Assembly: GCA_965248395.1 (NCBI GenBank)
Contig: OZ252103.1
Location: 1,486,155-1,550,154, forward strand
DNA: 64,000 bases
Reading direction: 5' to 3'
Source of the DNA: a bacterium
GTDB taxonomy: Bacteria; JAAXHH01
The notes under the pieces are model-generated. The model did not search any database. It saw nothing but the letters and a program-made list of their open reading frames with translations, and had not been told where the DNA came from. Positions 1-9,146 of the stretch are shown here, piece by piece. How positions within the stretch are numbered: the stretch's first letter is position 1; every line of letters starts with the position of its first letter. The position numbers and the translations under genes were made by a program.

Positions 1-387
1 TTCCACCATGGCGCTGTTTACACTGGGGTCGATTGCGAAAAGCTCCATGTCCGGAAAGACGCTGCCCGGGCCGAAGCACAGGTTGAGGCGGCCGTGGGAA
101 AGGTGGTCCAGGAAGGCCAGGCGCGTGGCCACGTGGGCCGGGTGATGGTAGGGCAGGCACGTGGGCGCCGTACCCAGCCGGATCGTGCCGGTCATGGCCA
201 GGGCCTTGCCGATGAAGGCCTCGGGCAGGGCGATGTTCTCCCACTGGTGGGTGTGATGTTCGCCGATCCAGAATTCGGAAAACCCCATCTCCTCCGCCAG
301 CACCACCAGTTCCAGGTCCTCGTCATAGCACTGGGCCGGCGGTTTTGCAGGATCGTGGAATGGCATGATGAACATACCGTGTTTCAT
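1..387 (-). CDS. LLM-class (luciferase-like) flavin-dependent oxidoreductase, 5' part only (runs off window edge)
   Basis: Reverse-strand ATG at 385-387. My own translation reads MKHGMFIMPFHDPAKPPAQCYDEDLELVVLAEEMGFSEFWIGEHH...CLPYHHPAHVATRLAFLDHLSHGRLNLCFGPG. It matches most positions of the N-terminus of the adjacent 416..1498 ORF. It is absent from the ORF track because no stop lies in the window. Confidence 0.8.
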   Translation of the reverse strand, partial: MKHGMFIMPFHDPAKPPAQCYDEDLELVVLAEEMGFSEFWIGEHHTHQWENIALPEAFIGKALAMTGTIRLGTAPTCLPYHHPAHVATRLAFLDHLSHGRLNLCFGPGSVFPDMELFAIDPSVNSAMVE

Positions 388-415
388 TTACGATGCTCCG
401 TATAGGCCGCTACGC

Positions 416-1498
416 TTATCCCAGCGACTTGTTGAGCGCCGGCATGACCTCTTTGGCAAAAAGTTCGAGGCAATTGATCCAAGCCTCTTTGTCGTCCCAG
501 TCGTGGGCGGTCATGATGAGCGTGCCGAACTCTCCCGTCTCCTCCATCATGCGGAGCAGCTGCCGTACGCATTCATCAGGGTCGCCGGCAATGACCTGCT
601 CGTCCATCATGTAGTCCACGTTGATCTCGGAATTCGGCATATCGAGGTCCCGTTTCCAGAGTACCCTTCCGGGTCCGAGATCGGACATTCTCATGATATA
701 GTCGAGACACTTGCCCAGCGACAGGTTCCGGGCCTTGTCCCGGGCCTCCGCCGTCGTGTCCGCTACGAAGATATTGCGGGAAATCTTCCATTTCCGCCGG
801 TCCGGCTCCACGCCCTGGGACCGGGCGCCGCCGGCGTAGGTTTCCCAGTGGTTAAGCAGGACGTTGCCCGCGACCATGTGATGGCTGAAGGGAAAGTAGC
901 CTTTCTGCCCCGCGATCCGCGTACCCGCCGAATCCCGCATGATCACCGGGACGGAAAGCGGAGGATGGGGTTTCTGCAGCGGTTTCAGGTACACGCCGAT
1001 CCCCATATCTTCCCGCACCTCCCGGCTCACGTGCAATTGCCAGAACCGGCCGTTCATTTCGTAGGGCGGATCGGTGGTCCAGAGGGTCATGATCATCTGA
1101 ATGGCTTCACCCACCATGGCACCGGAATCCTGGGGCAGGATGCCGTACATCTCCATGTCGGACGGAATGGCGCCCGGTCCGAAGCAGATGTTCAGGCGGC
1201 CGTGGGACAGGTGGTCGAGGAAGGCCAGGCGTCCGGCCACGTGGGCGGGGTGATGGTAAGGCAGGCACACGGGCGCCGCCCCCAGCCGCATGCGGTCGGT
1301 CATGCCCAGGGCCTTGCCGATGAAGATCTCGGGCATGACGATGTTCTCGTAGCTCGAGGAGTGGTGTTCGCCCACCCAGAATTCGCTGAACCCGAGTTCC
1401 TCCGAACGCACCAGCAGTTCCATGTCTTCGTCGTAGCACTGTCCCGGCGGTTTGGCCGGATCGTGCACGGGCATCAGGAACATGCCATATTCGATCAT
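416..1498 (-). CDS. LLM-class flavin-dependent oxidoreductase (luciferase-like monooxygenase)
   Basis: 360-aa ORF with the typical LLM N-terminus (FGxFxxP.., EELGFSEFWVGEHH, LPYHHPAHVAGRLAFLDHLSHGRLNICFGPG). Tandem paralog of 1..387. Confidence 0.85.
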   Translation of the reverse strand: MIEYGMFLMPVHDPAKPPGQCYDEDMELLVRSEELGFSEFWVGEHHSSSYENIVMPEIFIGKALGMTDRMRLGAAPVCLPYHHPAHVAGRLAFLDHLSHGRLNICFGPGAIPSDMEMYGILPQDSGAMVGEAIQMIMTLWTTDPPYEMNGRFWQLHVSREVREDMGIGVYLKPLQKPHPPLSVPVIMRDSAGTRIAGQKGYFPFSHHMVAGNVLLNHWETYAGGARSQGVEPDRRKWKISRNIFVADTTAEARDKARNLSLGKCLDYIMRMSDLGPGRVLWKRDLDMPNSEINVDYMMDEQVIAGDPDECVRQLLRMMEETGEFGTLIMTAHDWDDKEAWINCLELFAKEVMPALNKSLG

Positions 1499-1573
1499 GT
1501 CACTCTCCTTTACAGATCGTCTTCATATCGCCATCAAATTGCTTTCCTGCCAAATCCTTTCACGCGAATCCGT

Positions 1574-2233
1574 CTACAACAATCCCTTGCGGCGCTTGGC
1601 CGCGACGACTTCCTCCGCGAATCCGGGTCCGCACGATTCTTCGAATCCGCCGCCCGGGAACCGTGTCGCCCACGCGTAGACCGTCCTGATCCTTTCGTCG
1701 TCACCCTGGAAAACGGAAGGCTCGGCGCGGGCGGCGTCCAGCTGTTCGATCACGGCGCCGGCGATCCGGTCGTACAACCGCTCCGTCCAGACGCCTGGTG
1801 TTCCTTCTGCTCTCCGGGCCTCCTGGTACCATGCCATGGCATTGAACTGTACCTTGCGGGCGCGAGGGTAGAAGGAACACATCAGGTTCCAGTCGTCGCC
1901 ATCCCTTTCCTGGTCTCCCGAGGCCCGGAAATCGGACCGGAGAAGGACGGCGGGGATGTCGAGCATTTTGGCCATCATGAACTCCACCACGGTGCCCGAG
2001 TCCAGGTCCGTCCCGTCGAAATTGAAGAGGCCCATGTCGCAGGCCATCACCTGCCTCAGGTCCTGGTTCCGGATGTCGGCCATCCGGTTCGACGACTGTT
2101 CGAGGTCCTGGGGCAGCACGCAGGCATACCGGCCGTCTGATACGCGGTCGATGGCCCCGGCCAGGAGCTCGTTTCCGGCGAGATGCTTGTGGTCGAAGAG
2201 GTCTCCTGCGAAATACACGCTGTAAGTGGTCAT
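1574..2233 (-). CDS. nucleoside 2-deoxyribosyltransferase-like protein
   Basis: N-terminal VYFAGDLF and later DSGTVVEFMMAKMLDIPAVLL match the NDT-family pattern (YxAGxxF ... D.GT..E.G.A). The ATG overlaps the upstream stop as ATGA at 2230-2233. Confidence 0.6.
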   Translation of the reverse strand: MTTYSVYFAGDLFDHKHLAGNELLAGAIDRVSDGRYACVLPQDLEQSSNRMADIRNQDLRQVMACDMGLFNFDGTDLDSGTVVEFMMAKMLDIPAVLLRSDFRASGDQERDGDDWNLMCSFYPRARKVQFNAMAWYQEARRAEGTPGVWTERLYDRIAGAVIEQLDAARAEPSVFQGDDERIRTVYAWATRFPGGGFEESCGPGFAEEVVAAKRRKGLL

Positions 2234-3108
2234 AACGCATCACGTTCCGCGCCGCGCCCGGTATGGCGCTTACCGATCTCGACAGCCTCCCTGGTCCCGC
2301 TGGCGACCATCACGCCTTCGTCGATCATGTCGGTCACGTTTTCCGGCTGGACCCCGTTCAGAAAGGCGACGCCGTGGTCCTTGCAGGCCTTCAGCACCGA
2401 GGCCCGCGCCGCCACCATCTCGGGCGGATAGGGCGGATCGTGGCCGTCCGGGTACCCGAAGGACATCCCCATGTCGCCCGGACCCCATTCGGCAAAGGCG
2501 ATGCCCGGCACCCCGAGGCTCTCGTCAACGTTCGCCAGCGCCCGCCGGTTCTCGATCTTGAGGCCGAGCATCAGTTCCCCTTCCGGGTTCAGGGGCCAGA
2601 CATCGGCTCTTTTTACGTATTCCTGTACGGGGAGTCCCCATGTGGCGGCCGCGAATCCCTGGCCCCCCGAGCCCCGCTGCCCCGTTTCGAGCCCGTTACC
2701 CACGCCCTGGGTCTGAAAGGGGAAACGGGCCGATTCCACGAAGGCCCGGACGGCGCCGGGCGTCTCCGCGTGGCACAGCACGAGCCCGTGGACACCCAGG
2801 GCCAGTAACTGCTTGACCATCCACGCGTTTGCCCGCATGACGGCCTCGCTGGTCCCGCTCGTGGGCAGCGTGACGACGACGCAGGGCGTGAGGTGTCCGG
2901 TGGGCGTGGGACCGTCAGCGACGAGGCCGTTCATGAAGGCCTTGAGACGCGACAGGTCGAAGAGGCCGTGCTCCATTTCGACGACCAGGTAGTCTTCCCA
3001 CCTCCCGGAGGCTTCTCGGCCGCTTTCGTAACTCAGTTCACCGGAACCGCCGTAATAGATCGGCTGACCTCGTTCGAGCAGCTCCACGGCTCGGTTGATC
3101 CTGGTCAT
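2230..3108 (-). CDS. HpcH/HpaI-family aldolase
   Basis: The ORF resembles 2-keto-3-deoxy-acid aldolases (LLERGQPIYG..., MLGLKIENRRALANVDE..., GPGDMGMSFG). I prefer the ATG at 3108, which is preceded by GGAGGAG plus 6 nt. The track start at 3123 is a TTG. Confidence 0.75.
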   Translation of the reverse strand: MTRINRAVELLERGQPIYYGGSGELSYESGREASGRWEDYLVVEMEHGLFDLSRLKAFMNGLVADGPTPTGHLTPCVVVTLPTSGTSEAVMRANAWMVKQLLALGVHGLVLCHAETPGAVRAFVESARFPFQTQGVGNGLETGQRGSGGQGFAAATWGLPVQEYVKRADVWPLNPEGELMLGLKIENRRALANVDESLGVPGIAFAEWGPGDMGMSFGYPDGHDPPYPPEMVAARASVLKACKDHGVAFLNGVQPENVTDMIDEGVMVASGTREAVEIGKRHTGRGAERDAL

Positions 3109-3184
3109 TTCAATCTCCTCCAAAACAGGCTGGCCCCATCAGGCGCGAGGACGAGCCGCTTCGATATAAAACATGTAGGGCGTG

Positions 3185-4198
3185 TCACGGACGTTCGAAA
3201 GGCAGCCGTTCCTCCAGGCCCATATCTTCGGCGAGACCGGCGAGGTTATCCGCCGCCATACGCGTGAGCGGTACGCCTTCGCGGCGAGAATCTATCTCGC
3301 ATTCGTATTCCATTTCACCCGGGACCAGGGTGCGGTCCACCCCGGGCGCCGTGGGCGCTTCCCGCATGCGGCGGATGAGTTCGTCGATGCGTTCGTAGTA
3401 GCTGTCCAGCGGCATCATGGCGCCTACGTCGATGGCCATGAAACTGTGTCCTTCATCGCACCCGTCGTCCGAGACCTTCGCCCAGGAAAGGATGTCCGTG
3501 GTGAAGGCCGCGCCGGCGAGCACCCCGGCCAGGGATTCCACCAGCAGGGCCAGGCCGTAGCCCTTGTGGTTGCCGAAAGGCGTCAGTGCGCCGGTGACGG
3601 TGAACACGGCCGGGTCCGTCGTAGGCAGGCCATCCTTGTCGGTGAGCCAACCCTCGGGCAGGGGAGTCCCCCGGTCACGGTACGAGGCCACCTTGCCCCC
3701 CGCCACGGTGCTCATGGCGAAGTCCAGGACGATCGGCGGCTGGGAACGCGCAGGCACGGCGTAGGAAAGCGGATTATTGCCGATGGCCGCGCCACGGCCC
3801 CCGGGGATGTTCATGACCACGTCGGTATTGCTCATGGCAATCCCGATCATGGTCCGGTCCAGGGCCATCAGCGTATAGGCCGACGCGGCGCCGAAGTGGG
3901 TGCTCCGGCGTACCGTGGCCATGCCGATCCCGCACTTCGCAGCCTTGTCGATCGCCACCGACATGCCGTAGTGAGAAGCCACCATGCCCACGGCCCGGCG
4001 GGCATCGATCCGCGCCCAGGCCGGACCCTGGTCCGTGATCTCGGGCGCCGCGCCCACGTCGATGCCGCCATCCCGCATCAACTGCACGTAACGCCTCAGG
4101 GCGACCGTGCCATGAGTGTAGATACCCCGCATGTCGGTGCGGATCAACACGTCCGCCGTCAGCATCGCGTCGCGGGCCGACAGTCCCACCGCGGTCAT
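3185..4198 (-). CDS. Ldh_2-family oxidoreductase (malate/L-lactate/sulfolactate dehydrogenase type 2)
   Basis: Motifs DMRGIYTHG, RRSTHFGAASAY, NPLSYAVPA and FGNHKGYGLALLVESLAG. The reading frame stays open and homologous-looking upstream of the ATG (see finding). Confidence 0.8.
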   Translation of the reverse strand: MTAVGLSARDAMLTADVLIRTDMRGIYTHGTVALRRYVQLMRDGGIDVGAAPEITDQGPAWARIDARRAVGMVASHYGMSVAIDKAAKCGIGMATVRRSTHFGAASAYTLMALDRTMIGIAMSNTDVVMNIPGGRGAAIGNNPLSYAVPARSQPPIVLDFAMSTVAGGKVASYRDRGTPLPEGWLTDKDGLPTTDPAVFTVTGALTPFGNHKGYGLALLVESLAGVLAGAAFTTDILSWAKVSDDGCDEGHSFMAIDVGAMMPLDSYYERIDELIRRMREAPTAPGVDRTLVPGEMEYECEIDSRREGVPLTRMAADNLAGLAEDMGLEERLPFERP

Positions 4199-4304
4199 CG
4201 CCGAAGTGCAGAAGTCAGCGAGGGGTCCGGCCGGCGTTCTGAGTACGTAGAGTTGCTCTGTCGAGTGTGCCTGGTTGGCGTCGGTGCCCAGCGCAGATGC
4301 CTTT

Positions 4305-5084
4305 CTAGCCGCCGCGAATCCCGGCGGAGACGCGGTCGAAACCGCCGATCAAATAGCTGTAGTCGCAGTCGACCTGGATCCAGTCGACGCCCCGCTTGCT
4401 CCATCGTCTGCCGAAGTCGTAGTCCGAACCCATGCCCATCCCGATGGAGAGACCCGATTCGTGTCCCACGTCGATGATGCGTTCCATGGCCGCGGCCACA
4501 TCGCCGTGGTCGAGCTGACCGAGAACGCCCATCGAACTGCTCAGGTCCACGGGGCCGATGACCAGGCTGTCCAGCCCGGGTATCGCCGCTATGGCTTCCA
4601 GTTCCCGGTAGGCCTCCACGTGCTCGATCTGGACCGAGACGAACAGGTCACGGTTCATGTCTTCCACGAATGCGTCGAAATCCGAAAACGCCCGACCGTA
4701 GTTCGACGGGCGATGGGGACCGAAGCCCCGGTCCCCCATGGGCGGATAACGGCAGGCGTCGACCACGCGCCGCACCTCGGCGGCGGAGCGGACCTGCGGG
4801 ACGATGATCCCCGGGGCGCCCGCGTCCAGGACGGGTTTGACGTGGCCGATGGCGCTTGAAGGCACCCGGACCAGCGCGGCGGTGCCGCCCGCCCGCGCGG
4901 CCATGAGATGACCGGTGACCGACTCGAGATTCATCGCCGTGTGCTCGGTGTCGATCCAGATGAAATCCGCCGAATCGCAAAGGGCCTCGGTCACGGCCGG
5001 ATCCGTTAACGTCACGCTGGGACCCAGGCAGAGTTCACCTTCGGCGATCCGCTCCCGGAACGCCCTTATTTCTCTTGAAAACAT
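4305..5084 (-). CDS. HpcH/HpaI-family aldolase (second copy)
   Basis: Motifs DFIWIDTEHTAM, LVRVP, GIIVPQV, YPPMGDRGFG and QIEHVEA. The ATG at 5084 has a GGAG 4 nt upstream. The track start at 5096 is a GTG. Confidence 0.8.
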   Translation of the reverse strand: MFSREIRAFRERIAEGELCLGPSVTLTDPAVTEALCDSADFIWIDTEHTAMNLESVTGHLMAARAGGTAALVRVPSSAIGHVKPVLDAGAPGIIVPQVRSAAEVRRVVDACRYPPMGDRGFGPHRPSNYGRAFSDFDAFVEDMNRDLFVSVQIEHVEAYRELEAIAAIPGLDSLVIGPVDLSSSMGVLGQLDHGDVAAAMERIIDVGHESGLSIGMGMGSDYDFGRRWSKRGVDWIQVDCDYSYLIGGFDRVSAGIRGG

Positions 5085-5223
5085 GTGATGCTCCACGGGC
5101 TGGTGAATTCCATAAAAAGGTGTATTTCAATTCGAGGCTTCGCTTACATACCTTGACGGTGCCTGATCTGGGATTCCCGTCCTCATGCCTGGACGGCGTA
5201 TGATCTACGGATCTCGTTTTTCT

Positions 5224-6636
5224 CTAGACCGCGCCTTCCCGCCACGGTCCCCAGATGGCGTAGGTCAGTCCGGGGCGCTGCATGTTGACGAAAAGGGTCT
5301 CGCCGTCCGGGCTGAAGATCGCCCCGGCGAATTCACCCCGGTACGCGATGCCGGCCACGTCCCGGGCCACGTCGAATATCCTGCCGTCCTTCGTCAGGCC
5401 GCGGATATGCTGTATGCCGTCCCGGTTGTCTTCGCAGACGATCAGGCCGCCGCGGGGACTCACGCTGACGTTGTCGGGCGCGGCCATGAGCGACGGGTCC
5501 GGCGATTCGAACAGGAGCGTCAGGACGCCTTCGTCGGCGCTATCGGGCCGGTACTCCCACACCTGTCCCAGGCGTTCGTCGCCCCCGCGGGTCGCCGTGA
5601 AGAAGATGCGGCCGTTGCCGTACCAGCAGCCTTCCAGGCGGTCGAAGGCGGCGCCGCCCTTGTCCGCGCCTTCCTTGTGTACGAGGTTTCGGTCCAGGCC
5701 CGCCCCCTCGGGATCGGGATCTTCGATATCCACCCAGGTTACGGGCAGGGACGTGCCCATGGTCTGTCCCGTGCGCGTGTCGTACCCCGGCCGATCCCTG
5801 ACCGCGAGCATGCGCAGGTTTCCCCCCCGGGCGAGCTGTCCGGGATAGTCGGGAATGTACTGGTAGAATCCGCTCGGATTCTGGTCTTCGGTTTCGTACA
5901 CGATTCCGGAGGCTGGATCGACGGCCACGGCCTCGTGGACGAACCGCCCCATCCGGGTCAGGGGTTCGGCCGGCACGCTCTCCTCGGCATCGGCGGGCAC
6001 CTCGAAGCAGTATCCGTGTTCCCTGTCGTATCCGCCCAGGTACTGAAGCCAGCGCGGGCTGAAGAACCGGTCTTTGCCCATCGTGGTCTCTTCGCAGGTG
6101 ATCCAGGAGCCCCAGGGCGTGGGTCCGCCGGCGCAGTTGTGTAGCGTCCCGCCGACGCTCACGAAATCGCGGATCAGTTCGCGGGTACGGGGGTCTACGA
6201 TGAGTGTAGTCACCCCGCCGGGCGCCGTGGAATCGTAGGCCGAGGCCCGGTCTCCTATGGATTCGACCGGCTTGCCCGGGTTGATTTCATGGTTGCGGAG
6301 GAGCCGCACCATCCCGTCCGAGGGAAAGGCGGCCATGCCATCGTGGGCGGGCGGCGTGGGATGGCCGTCCGACATGATGCCGCCCTTCTTGCCGAACGCG
6401 GTATAGGCGAATCTCGGCGGCAATTCGAGCAGGGTTTCCCCTGTGTTCTGTGCGGGTACGGGCGAAAGCGGTCCGTATCCACCCTCTCCTCGGTGAGCCA
6501 GCAGATGGGCGTGGCCGTCGACCATGGCCCGTGCGCGGCGGGCGATCAAGCCTTGCAGCGCCACGGCGCCGACGGTCATGGCGCCAAAGGTTACGGCGGT
6601 ATGTCGGATGAAGGAACGGCGGCTCAGTCGGGACAC
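5224..6636 (-). CDS. PhoX-like / DUF839 secreted phosphatase with Tat signal
   Basis: Twin-arginine N-terminus SRRSFIRH..., then NCAGGPTPWGSWITCEE and the C-terminal FSPDGETLFVNMQ typical of PhoX/DUF839. GTG start preceded by AAGGAGA. Confidence 0.75.
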   Translation of the reverse strand: MSRLSRRSFIRHTAVTFGAMTVGAVALQGLIARRARAMVDGHAHLLAHRGEGGYGPLSPVPAQNTGETLLELPPRFAYTAFGKKGGIMSDGHPTPPAHDGMAAFPSDGMVRLLRNHEINPGKPVESIGDRASAYDSTAPGGVTTLIVDPRTRELIRDFVSVGGTLHNCAGGPTPWGSWITCEETTMGKDRFFSPRWLQYLGGYDREHGYCFEVPADAEESVPAEPLTRMGRFVHEAVAVDPASGIVYETEDQNPSGFYQYIPDYPGQLARGGNLRMLAVRDRPGYDTRTGQTMGTSLPVTWVDIEDPDPEGAGLDRNLVHKEGADKGGAAFDRLEGCWYGNGRIFFTATRGGDERLGQVWEYRPDSADEGVLTLLFESPDPSLMAAPDNVSVSPRGGLIVCEDNRDGIQHIRGLTKDGRIFDVARDVAGIAYRGEFAGAIFSPDGETLFVNMQRPGLTYAIWGPWREGAV

Positions 6637-6776
6637 GTTTACGGATCTCCTTTGCCAGTGAACATGCGACGGTAACGAAGCGTAAACCGTTCGGAATCAC
6701 AATGCTGATAGAAAATCCAATGTACTTCGGCCGGGATCGAAAATCAAGGCGCGTATACCGTGTATTTCAACGTATT

Positions 6777-7643
6777 TCAGCCGAATTTGATGAAGACAAG
6801 GCCGGCAACGATCATCAGTACGGATCCTACTTTCAGCGGGGTGATACGCTCCTTCAGAAAGACGAATCCCAGCACGGCGCCGAGGACCACGGCGAACTCC
6901 CGCAGCGCGACGATGTAGCCTACCTGGCCCTGGGTCATGGCATACAGGATCATCAGGTACGCGGCGGTGGATCCGACGCCGATCAGCGCCACGGGACGCC
7001 AGGTCTCCGCCAGCTTGCGCCACAGGCGTCCACGGTCGCGGACGGCGACGACCGGCGTGGCAAACACGGCGCTCAGCAGGAACATGCCGAAGATGTACAC
7101 GACGGGATGGACGATGCTTACGCCCACTTTGTCCACGAGAGAGTAACTCACGATCGTAGCGCCCACCCCCAGGGCAGATACGAATCCGCGTCTAGCGCCC
7201 TTCGCGTTCCGAAGGACCGAAGCGCCCATGGAAAGAATGCCCACGCAGATCAGGCCGATGCCCGCAACGCCGACCGTCGTCAGCGATTCCCCGAGCAGCA
7301 GCCAACCCAGGAAGCCCGTGAGGCCGATGCCCGAACCGCGGGCAATGGGGTAGACCAGGGATATCTCACCGGTTTCGTAGGCCCTGCCCAGCAACAGGAA
7401 ATAAAAGGTATGGATGATCCCCGTGGTCAGGATGTAGAACCAGCCGGTCTCCAGCATGGCCAGGAATCCCGGAATGCCCTGTGCGGCGCCCACGGCTGCC
7501 ACGAAAGGCAGAAGCACGAGGCAACTGATCCAGAGGGACCACCAGAACACGGTGAGATTCCCGGCGTTGCGACGGGCTACGAAGTTCCAGGAGGCATGGA
7601 GGACGGCGGAGAGCAGGACGAAGACAAAGAGTTCAGTGGACAT
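6777..7643 (-). CDS. EamA/DMT-family transporter
   Basis: 288 aa with about 10 hydrophobic helices in a duplicated EamA-like layout (WNFVARR..., PIARGSGIGLT...). Confidence 0.8.
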   Translation of the reverse strand: MSTELFVFVLLSAVLHASWNFVARRNAGNLTVFWWSLWISCLVLLPFVAAVGAAQGIPGFLAMLETGWFYILTTGIIHTFYFLLLGRAYETGEISLVYPIARGSGIGLTGFLGWLLLGESLTTVGVAGIGLICVGILSMGASVLRNAKGARRGFVSALGVGATIVSYSLVDKVGVSIVHPVVYIFGMFLLSAVFATPVVAVRDRGRLWRKLAETWRPVALIGVGSTAAYLMILYAMTQGQVGYIVALREFAVVLGAVLGFVFLKERITPLKVGSVLMIVAGLVFIKFG

Positions 7644-7886
7644 GGAAGGGTTCGTCGGTGAGGATCGGTCTCGAAGCCTCCGCGGTTTCGCGCCGAGGGT
7701 GAAACCCTAAGGTGAAACCAGAAATCCACCTGTCAACGGTTTTATGGCACCTTGACATGCTTGCGAGGCACGGGTACCTTTTTTGATCCGAGCAAGGTCG
7801 AGTCTTTAATATCCTTTGAGCAATTGTCAATAGCCTGGTGTACAGCTCGGACCCTCATCTATGTCGACTGCCGAAGGGAATCCCCA

Positions 7887-8921
7887 ATGCCCCTGAGATT
7901 CGCGTACCTGGGTCTGTGGCACAGCCACAGCGTGATGCATATCCGCGACGCCGCGAGCCGCTCCGAAGAGTTCCAGCTCGTGGGCGTCTATGAGCCGGAC
8001 CCCGCGATCCGGGAAGCGAAACTTGGCGAATGGGCGGGCGATCTCCCTGACATGCGCGTTTTCGATTCCATCGAGGAAGCGCTGGACAGCGATGCCGAAG
8101 CGATCATCTGCGAGGGACGCGTATCGGAGAACCTCGATTACGCGGAGCGGGCCCTGGAGGCGGACAAGCACGTGCTGCTCGAGAAGCCGGCGGGGGTGGA
8201 CATGGCCCAACTCGAGCGGCTGCATGACACGGCTCGGCGCAAGGGGCTCCATCTCCAGATGGCGTACATGTGGCGCTACAACCCGGCCATCGCTGAAATG
8301 ATCCGGTTGCGCAGGGCCGGCGCGCTGGGTGATCCCTTCTATTTCCGGGGTCACATCCCGAAACCCATGTCGTACCACGCCCGGCTTGTGGAGGAACTCG
8401 ACTGGTACAAGGGCTCCCTCTATTTCGAAATGGCCGGTCACCTGGTGGATGTCATGGTCACGCTCATGGGCAAGCCGCGGCACGTGAATTCGACACTTGC
8501 CCAATTCCACGGCGATCGGAAACACGTGGACAACGCAGTAGTCGTCCACGTATTCGACGACGACGGCCTGGGCGTAATCGACACCGCGACCATGCACGTC
8601 GAAAGCGGGCTGACCCGGCGCATCGAGCTGTACGGTACCGGGGGGACGGCCATCCACACTCCGATCGGATCGAACAGTCTGACGCTGTCCCTGGAGGAAC
8701 CCTTCGCGGACTATGCCGCGGGATGGCAGGAGTTGACCGTTGACACGCTTCCGGGACCTCCCTCGTTGTTGACCGAACTGGCGGCCTGTATATCCGGCGC
8801 AAAGGAACCGGACTATACCCTGGAACACGATCTGGCGGTGCATCGCACCCTCTTCGCGGGGTGTGGTATCACCGACGGTTCGGCGATGACGGACGCGCCA
8901 CACTCGGCAAAAAGCAGTTGA
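7887..8921 (+). CDS. Gfo/Idh/MocA-family oxidoreductase
   Basis: N-terminal Rossmann region (RFAYLGLWHSH...VGVYEPD) and the EKP motif (VLLEKPAG). The ATG at 7887 is preceded by GAAGGGAA. The track ORF start at 7752 is upstream in low-coding-looking sequence. Confidence 0.8.
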   Translation: MPLRFAYLGLWHSHSVMHIRDAASRSEEFQLVGVYEPDPAIREAKLGEWAGDLPDMRVFDSIEEALDSDAEAIICEGRVSENLDYAERALEADKHVLLEKPAGVDMAQLERLHDTARRKGLHLQMAYMWRYNPAIAEMIRLRRAGALGDPFYFRGHIPKPMSYHARLVEELDWYKGSLYFEMAGHLVDVMVTLMGKPRHVNSTLAQFHGDRKHVDNAVVVHVFDDDGLGVIDTATMHVESGLTRRIELYGTGGTAIHTPIGSNSLTLSLEEPFADYAAGWQELTVDTLPGPPSLLTELAACISGAKEPDYTLEHDLAVHRTLFAGCGITDGSAMTDAPHSAKSS

Positions 8922-8959
8922 CAAGCAGCGCTTGATTTGTATATTTATCAGTTAGACGA

Positions 8960-9033
<74 letters not shown>

Positions 9034-9045
9034 CTTTGATCGATC

Positions 9046-9080
9046 AGGGGCGGTTCTCGGACCGCCTCTGATTCTGTTTA
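9046..9080 (+). terminator. Rho-independent terminator after tRNA-fMet
   Basis: 9-bp stem AGGGGCGGT / ACCGCCTCT (9046-9054 / 9061-9069) with a 6-nt loop, followed by the T-rich GATTCTGTTT. Confidence 0.6.
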
Positions 9081-9146
9081 TACCCTCCCTTCGTACGAAT
9101 TTTAGTAAATACGAATCGTATTAGTACTAAACTAAAGGATCGGCCG

